From Raja brachyura (lineage: Eukaryota): 64,000 nt of DNA. Below the pieces are notes generated by a model. That model saw only the letters and a program-made list of their open reading frames with translations, did no database searches and was not told the DNA's origin. Positions 12,001-21,000 of the stretch are shown here, piece after piece; the first letter of the stretch is position 1; each line of letters starts with the position of its first letter. The stretch lies in NCBI GenBank assembly GCA_963514005.1, contig OY740790.1, forward strand, positions 12,276,001 through 12,340,000, read 5' to 3'. The translations under genes and the position numbers were made by a program.

Positions 12001-15000
12001 AGTAGGCGAATCAAGGACCAGAAAACATAGGTTTAATGTGTAGGGGAAAAGACTTAATTGGAATCTGAGGGGTAACTTTTTTACACCAAGGGTGGTGGGT
12101 GTATGGAACAAGCTGCTAGAGGACGTAGTTGCGGCTGGAACTAACCGAACATTTAAGAAACAGTCAGATGGGTACATGGATAGGACAGGATTGGAGGGAT
12201 ATGGACCAAACACGGGCAGGCAGAAGTAGTGTAGCTGGGAGATGATGGCTGGCGTGGGCAAGTTGCGCTGAAGGGCCTGTTTCCACACTGTATCACTTTA
12301 TCACTTTGACTATGTTTCTTTGCATGGATTTGGCTAAACTTTTTGCAATTCATTAATTTCTCACGCCTCTGGTCCCAGGTATTCCCAGGGACACCACTCT
12401 CTCCATCACCCCCTCTGCTGTGAAGGAAGGAGACAGGGTCACGTTCAGCTGCACTACCCAGTCCAACCCCCCTGCCCAGCTTGTTCTGAGGAGGCAGTCA
12501 TCGAGCGGATGGACCGAGCTGGACTCTGAGAATGGGACATTGACAATCCGTGCTGTCCAGCCAGCTGATGCAGGGCTGTATCAATGTGAGGCCATTAATG
12601 ATCTGGGGAAGCAGATCAACAGCAACAAACTCCAGGTTGAAGGTTTGTATGGAAATTAATGAGAAATTTACAGGAACTGAATGTGAAAAGTATTTTCACT
12701 TGAATTATTACGAGGGGGGGAAAGAATGATTTGGATTTATGGGGGAACATTTATACCATTTAGGACTACGCAAACACTTTATCATCAATAAAGTGCCTTT
12801 GACATGTGAAGCAATGAAATGTGGTGCAGCACGTTCTCACAAAGAACAATGTGAGGAAAACCAATTAGTTGTAATGATGGCGAAAAATAAATTGTATATG
12901 CTGATTTACAACAACAAAAAGACACAAAGTTCTTGAGTAACTCAGTGGGTCAGGTAACATCCCTGGAGAACATGGACGGGTAACGTTTCAAGTTGGGATC
13001 CTTCTTCAGACTGGTGTTGGTTTAGTGATAAATATTGACCAGGATGCTGGAATAAACTGGGCAGATCTCTGCCACTTTAAATTTTAAATTGTGTTACAGA
13101 ATCTTTTATGTCAACTAGAGGGGGCTTTAATTTGACAACTTATGTGAAAGTGTAACTAACTGCTGCCATCCTTTGGCACAGGACTGGAGAGACTTTCTAG
13201 CTTTTTGTGCCTGATTCCTTGAACAGAACCTTGAGCTCACAAGTCATGGTGATTATTATAAATTGCAATAATCTATGATTGTAACAATCATTAATAGACA
13301 TCATGAGATGAATAGATCCGGTAGATGCACAGTCTCTTGCCCAGTGTAGGCGAATCAAGGGCCAGAGAACATAGGTTTAATGCGTAGGGGAAAAGACTTA
13401 ATAGGAATCTGAGGGGTAACTTTTTTACTCCAAGGGTGGTGGGTGTATGGAACAAGCTACTGGAGAACGCAGTTGAGGCTGTGACTATCCCAACATTTAA
13501 GAAACAGTTAGACAGGTATATGGATTGGAGGAACATGGACCAAACACGGGCAGGCGGATGTATTGTAGCTGGAACATGATGGCTGGTGTGGACAAGTTTA
13601 GCCGAAGGGCCCGTTTCCACACTGTATCACTTTATGACTATGGCTATGTTTCTTTGCACAGATTTGGCTAAACTTTTTGCATTTCATTAATTTGTCATGT
13701 CTCAGGTATTCCCAGGGACACCACTCTCTCCATCACCCCCTCTGCTGTGAAGGAAGGAGACGGGGTCACGTTCAGCTGCACAACCCAGTCCAACCCCCCT
13801 GCCCAGCTTGTACTGAGGAGGCAGTCATCGAGCGGATGGACCGAGCTAGACTCTGAGAATGGGACATTGACAATCCGTGCTGTCCAGCCAGCTGATGCAG
13901 GGCTGTATCAATGTGAGGCCATTAATGATCTGGGGAAGCAGATCAACAGCAACAAACTCCAGGTTCAAGGTTTGTATGGAAATTAATGAGAAATTTACAG
14001 AAAATGAATGTGAAAAGTATTTTCACTTGAATTATTACGGGGGGGCGGGGGGAAATGATTTGGATTTATGGGGGAACATTCATACCATTTAGGACTACAC
14101 AAACACTTTATCATCAATAAAGTGCCTTTGACATGTGAAGCAACAAAATGTGGTGCAGCACATTCTCACAAAGAACAATGTGAGGAAACTAATTCGTTGT
14201 AATGATGAAGAAAAATAAATTGTACTAGACTAAGTGGGATATGTTGGGTCCCAGCTTCACACGGGAGGGCTGGTCCCCCAATGCAATATTCCGCCTCTCC
14301 AGCAATTCCAATATTGCTGGCAAGTGGGTGGGTGGGGGGCGCATGCTGGAGCGCTAGTATGTGTGTTTCCAGAGGGCTAGTATGGACATTGTGGGCTTAA
14401 TGGATTCTTGGGCTGGCAGCTCAGTCACTCTGGCCAGGCAGCTCAGTCACTCTGGCCAGGCAGCTCAGTCACTCTGGCCAGGCAGCATTATAGAACCAAT
14501 AGAGACACATTTTGCAAACGTTTTAGAACCAATAGAGACACTCTTTCTGCAAGCATTTTAGAACCAATAGACACACTTTTTGTAACCAGTAAATCAGTGT
14601 GTCAAGTACCATCCCCGGAGAACATCGATGGGTAAATTTTCAAGTTGGGATCCTTCTTCAGACTGGTGTTGGTTTAGTGATAAATATTGACCAGGATGCT
14701 GGAATAAACTGGGCAGAACTCTGCCACTTTAAATTTTAAATTGTGTTACAGAATCTTTTATGTCAACGAGGGGGCTTTAATTTAACAACTTATGTGAAAG
14801 TATAACTAACTGCTGCCACCCTTTGGCACAGGACTGGAGAGACTTTCTAGCTTTTTGTGCCTAATTCCTTGAACAGAAACTTGAGCTTGTGAGTCATGGT
14901 GATTATTATACATTGCAATAATCTATGATTGTAAAAATCATTAATAGACATTATGATATGAATAGATCGGGTAGATGCACAGAGTCTCTTGCCCAGAGTA

Positions 15001-18000
15001 GGCAAATCAAGGACCAGTGAACATAAGTTTAATGTGTAGGGGAAAAGACTTAATTGGAATCTGAGGGGTAACGTTTTTACATCAAGGGTGGTGGGTGTAT
15101 GGAACAAGCTGCTAGAGGACGTAGTTGCGGCTGGAACTAACCGAACATTTAAGAAACAGTCAGACGGGTACATGGATAGGACAGGATTGGAGGGATATGA
15201 ACCAAACACGGGCAGGCGGGACTGGTGTAGCTGGGGCATGATGGCTGGTGTGGGCAAGTTGCGCTGAAGGACCTGTTTCCACACTGTATCAATTTATCAC
15301 TATGACTATGTTTCTTTGCATGGATTTGGCTAAACTTTTTGCAATTCATTAATTTCTCACGCCTCTGGTCTCAGGTATTCCCAGGGACACCACTCTCTCC
15401 ATCACCCCCTCTGCTGTGAAGGAAGGAGACAGGGTCACATTCAGCTGCACAACCCTGTCCAACCCCCCTGCCCAGCTTGTACTGAGGAGGCAGTCATCGA
15501 GCGGATGGACCGAGCTAGACTCTGAGAATGGGACATTGACAATCCGTGCTGTCCAGCCAGCTGATGCAGGGCTGTATCAATGTGAGGCCATTAATGATCT
15601 GGGGAAGCAGATCAACAGCAACAAACTCCAGGTTCAAGGTTTGTATGGAAATTAATGAGAAATTTACAGGAATTGAATGTGAAAAGTATTTTCACTTGAA
15701 TTATTACGAGGGGGGGAAAGAATGATTTGGGTTTATGGGGGAACATTCATACCATTTAGGACTACGCAAACACTTTATCATCAATAAAGTGCCTTTAACA
15801 TGTGAAGCAACGAAATGTGGTGCAGCACATTCTCACAAAGAACAATGTGAGGAAAACCAATTAGTTGTAATGATGAAGAAAAATAAATTGTACTAGACTA
15901 AGTGGGATCCGTTGGGTCCCAGCTTCACACGGGAGGGCTGGTCCCCCAATGCAATATTCCGCCTCTCCAGCAATTCCAATATTGCTGGCATGTGGGTGGG
16001 TGGGGGACGCATTCTGGAGTGCTAGTATGTGTGTTTCCAGAGGGCTAGTATGGACATTGTGGGCTGAATGGATTCTTGGCCAGGCAGCTCTGTCACTCTG
16101 GCCAGGCAGCTCAGTCACTCTGGCCTGGCAGCATTTTAGAACCAATAGAGACACATTTTGCAAGCATTTTAGAACCAATAGAGACACATTTTGCAAGCAT
16201 TTTAGAACCGTAAGACACACTTTTTACAAGCATTTTAGAACCAATAGACACACTTTTTGTAAACAATTTAGAACCAATCTAGACACACTTTTTGCAACCA
16301 TTTTACAACCAATAGAGACACTTTTTGCAACCATTTTACAACCAATAGAGACACTTTTTGTAACCATTTTACAACCAATAGAGACACTTTCTGCAAGCAT
16401 TTTAGAACCAATAGACACTTTTTGCAAGCATTTTAGAACCAATAGAGACACTTTTTGCAACCATTTTAGAACCAATAGAGACACTTTTTGCAAGCATTTT
16501 AGAACCAATAGAGACACTTATTGCAAGCATTTATAGAACCACATTAAGGGCACTCACAGTTGAGTAAACATGTGTTCAGTGCTATTCAGAGCTCAGAGAC
16601 AAGTGACCCTCTGGCTTCCTCCATCTTGCAGAGACTGAGTGAGGCACACCACTTCCTGGTTTTATAGTCCCTCCCCCTCCCTCCAGCAGGGGCAGCAGAG
16701 AGAATGGCGAATTATTATTATTTTTTTAAATATATCTCTGATTTTTCATCGATGGGAAATATCCTCTGGTCCAGGAAGGCGGAGGGGGGCTCTGAGCGAG
16801 CTAGCCAGAAATGAGGGCCGTAGGTGGCGACGTTCTCTCGGCAATCACACCACAGTGAACCAAAAGCGGTCAAGATCAGACTTTTAGTAATATAGATATG
16901 CTGATTTACAACAACAAAAAGACACAAGGTTCTGGAGTAAATCAGTGTGTCAGTTATGATCCCTGGAGAACATGGATGGGTAAAGTTTCAAGTTGGGATC
17001 CTTCTTCAGACTGGTATTGGTTTAGTGATAAATATTGACCAGGATGCTGGAATAAACTGGGCAGATCTCTGCCACTTTAAATTTTAAATTGTGTTACAGA
17101 ATCTTTTATGTCAACTAGAGGGGGCTTTAATTTAACAACTTATGTGAAAGTGTAACTAACTGCTGCCATCCTTGGGCACAGGACTGGAGAGACTTTCTAG
17201 CTTTTTGTGCCTAATTCCTTGAACAGAAACTTGAGCTCACAAGTCATGGTGATTATTATAAATTGCAATAATCTATGATTGTAACAATCATTAATAGACA
17301 TTATGAAATGAACAGATCCGATAGATGCACAGAGTCTCTTGCCCATAGTAGGCGAATCAAGGACCAGAGAACATGGGTTTAATGTGTAGGGGAAAAGACT
17401 TATTTGGAATCTGAGGGGTAACGTTTTTACACCAAGGGTGGTGGGTGTATGGAACAAGCTGCTAGAGGATGTAGTTGCGGCTGGGTCTAACCAAACATTT
17501 AAGAAACAGTCAGACAGGTACATGGATAGGACAGGATTGGAGGGATATGAACCAAACACGGGCAGGCGGGACTGGTGTAGCTGGGGCATGATGGCTGGTG
17601 TGGGCAAGTTGCGCTGAAGGACCTGTTTCCACACTGTATCACTTTATCACTATGACTATGTTTCTTTGCATGGATTTGGCTAAACTTTTTGCAATTCATT
17701 AATTTCTCACGCCTCTGGTCTCAGGTATTCCCAGGGACACCACTCTCTCCATCACCCCCTCTGCTGTGAAGGAAGGAGACAGGGTCACGTTCAGCTGCAC
17801 AACCCTGTCCAACCCCCCTGCCCAGCTTGTACTGAGGAGGCAGTCATCGAGCGGATGGAGCGAGCTAGACTCTGAGAATGGGACATTGACAATCCGTGCT
17901 GTCCAGCCAGCTGATGCAGGGCTGTATCAATGTGAGGCCATTAATGATCTAGGGAAGGAGATCAACAGCAACAAACTCCAGGTTCAAGGTTTGTATGGAA

Positions 18001-21000
18001 ATTAATTAGAAATTTACAGAAAATGAATGTGAAAAGTATTTTCACTTGAATTATTACGAGGGGGGGAAAGAATGATTTGGGTTTATGGGGGAACATTTAT
18101 ACCATTTAGGACTACGCAAACACTTTATCACCAATAAAGTGCCTTTAACATGTGAAACAACGAAATGCGGTGCAGCACATTCTCACAAAGAACAATGTGA
18201 GGAAAACCAATTAGTTGTAATGATGAAGAAAAATAAATTGTACTAGACTAAGTGGGATCCGTTGGGTACCAGCTTCACACGGGAGGGCTGGTCCCCCAAT
18301 GCAATATTCCGCCTCTCCAGCAATTCCAATATTGCTGGCAAGTGGGTGGGTGGGGGACGCATTCTGGAGTGCTAGTATGTGTGTTTCCAGAGGGCTAGTA
18401 TGGACATTGTGGGCTGAATGGATTCTTGGCCAGGCAGCTCTGTCACTCTGGCCAGGCAGCTCTGTCACTCTGGCCAGGCAGCTCAGTCACTCTGGCCAGG
18501 CAGCATTTTAGAACCAATAGAGACACATTTTGCAAGCATTTTAGAACCAATAGAGACACATTTTGCAAGCATTTTAGAACCAAAAGACACACTTTTTACA
18601 AGCATTTTTGAACCAATAGACACACTTTTTGTAAACAATTTAGAACCAATCTAGACACACTTTTTGCAACCATTTTACAACCAATAGAGACACTTTTTGC
18701 AACCATTTTACAACCAATAGAGACACTTTTTGTAACCATTTTACAACCAATAGAGACACTTTCTGCAAGCATTTTAGAACCAATAGACACTTTTTGCAAG
18801 CATTTTAGAACCAATAGAGACACTTTTTGCAACCATTTTAGAACCAATAGAGACACTTTTTGCAAGCATTTTAGAACCAATAGAGACACTTATTGCAAGC
18901 ATTTATAGAACCACATTAAGGGCACTCACAGTTGAGTAAACATGTGTTCAGTGCTATTCAGAGCTCAGAGACAAGTGACCCTCTGGCTTCCTCCATCTTG
19001 CAGAGACTGAGTGAGGCACACCACTTCCTGGTTTTATAGTCCCTCCCCTCCCTCCAGCAGGGGCAGCAGAGAGAATGGCGAATTATTATTTTTTTAAATA
19101 TATCTCTGATTTTTCATCGATGGGAAATATCCTCTGGTCCAGGAAGGCGGAGGGGGGCTCTGAGCGAGCTAGCCAGAAATGAGGGCCGTAGGTGGCGACG
19201 TTCTCTCGGCAATCACACCACAGTGAACCAAAAGCGGTCAAGATCAGACTTTTAGTAATATAGATATGCTGATTTACAACAACAAAAAGACACAAGGTTC
19301 TGGAGTAAATCAGTGTGTCAGTTATGATCCCTGGAGAACATGGATGGGTAAAGTTTCAAGTTGGGATCCTTCTTCAGACTGGTATTGCTTTAGTGATAAA
19401 TATTGACCAGGATGCTGGAATAAACTGGGCAGATCTCTGCCACTTTAAATTTTAAATTGTGTTACAGAATCTTTTATGTCAACTAGAGGGGGCTTTAATT
19501 TAACAACTTATGTGAAAGTGTAACTAACTGCTGCCATCCTTTGGCACGGGACTGGAGAGACTTTCTAGCTTTTTGTGCCTAATTCCTTGAACAGAAACTT
19601 GAGCTTGTGAGTCATGGTGATTATTATAAATTGCAATAATCTATGATTGTAACAATCATTAATAGACATTATGAAATGAACAGATCCGGTAGATGCACAG
19701 AGTCTCTTGCCCATAGTAGGCGAATCAAGGACCGGAGAACATGGGTTTAATGTGTAGGGGAAAAGACTTATTTGGAATCTGAGGGGTAACGTTTTTACAC
19801 CAAGGGTGGTGGGTGTATGGAACAAGCTGCTAGAGGATGTAGTTGCGGCTGGAACTAACCGAACATTTAAGAAACAGTCAGACAGGTACATGGATAGGAC
19901 AGGATTGGAGGGATATGAACCAAACACAGGCAGGCGGGACTGGTGTAGCTGGGGCATGATGGCTGGTGTGGGCAAGTTGCGCTGAAGGACCTGTTTCCAC
20001 ACTGTATCACTTTATCACTATGACTATGTTTCTTTACATGGATTTGGCTAAACTTTTTGCAATTCATTAATTTCTCACACCTCTGGTCTCAGGTATTCCC
20101 AGGGACACCACTCTCTCCATCACCCCCTCTGCTGTGAAGGAAGGAGACAGGGTCACGTTCAGCTGCACAACCCTGTCCAACCCCCCTGCCCAGCTTGTAC
20201 TGAGGAGGCAGTCATCGAACGGATGGAGCGAGCTAGACTCTGAGAATGGGACATTGACAATCCGTGCTGTCCAGCCAGCTGATGCAGGGCTGTATCAATG
20301 TGAGGCCATTAATGATCTAGGGAAGGAGATCAACAGCAACAAACTCCAGGTTCAAGGTTTGTATGGAAATTAATGAGAAATTTACAGGAACTGAATGTGA
20401 AAAGTATTTTCACTTGAATTATTACGAGGGGGGGGGGGAATGATTTGGATTTATGGGGGAACATTTATACCATTTAGGACTACGCAAACACTTTATCATC
20501 AATAAAGTGCCTTTGACAGTGAAGCAACAAAATGTGGTGCAGCACATTCTCACAAAGAACAATGTGAGGAAAACCAATTAGTTGTAATGATGAAGAAAAA
20601 TAAATTGTACTAGACTAAGTGGGATCCGTTGGGTCCCAGCTTCACACGGGAGGGCTGGTCCCCCAATGCAATATTCCGCCTCTCCAGCAATTCCAATATT
20701 GCTGGCAAGTGGGTGGGTGGGGGGCGCATTCTGGAGCGCTAGTATGTGTGTTTCCAGATGGCTAGTATGGACATTGTGGGCTGAATGGGTTCTTGGGCTG
20801 GCAGCTCAGTCACTCTGGCCAGGCAGCTCAGTCACTCTGGCCTGGCAGCATTTTAGAACTAATAGAGACACATTTTGCAAGCATTTTAGAACCAATAGTG
20901 ACACTCTTTCTGCAAGCATTTTGGAATGAATAGAGACACTTTTTGCAAGCATTTTAGAACCAAATGACACACTTTTTGCAAGCATTTAAAAACAATAGAG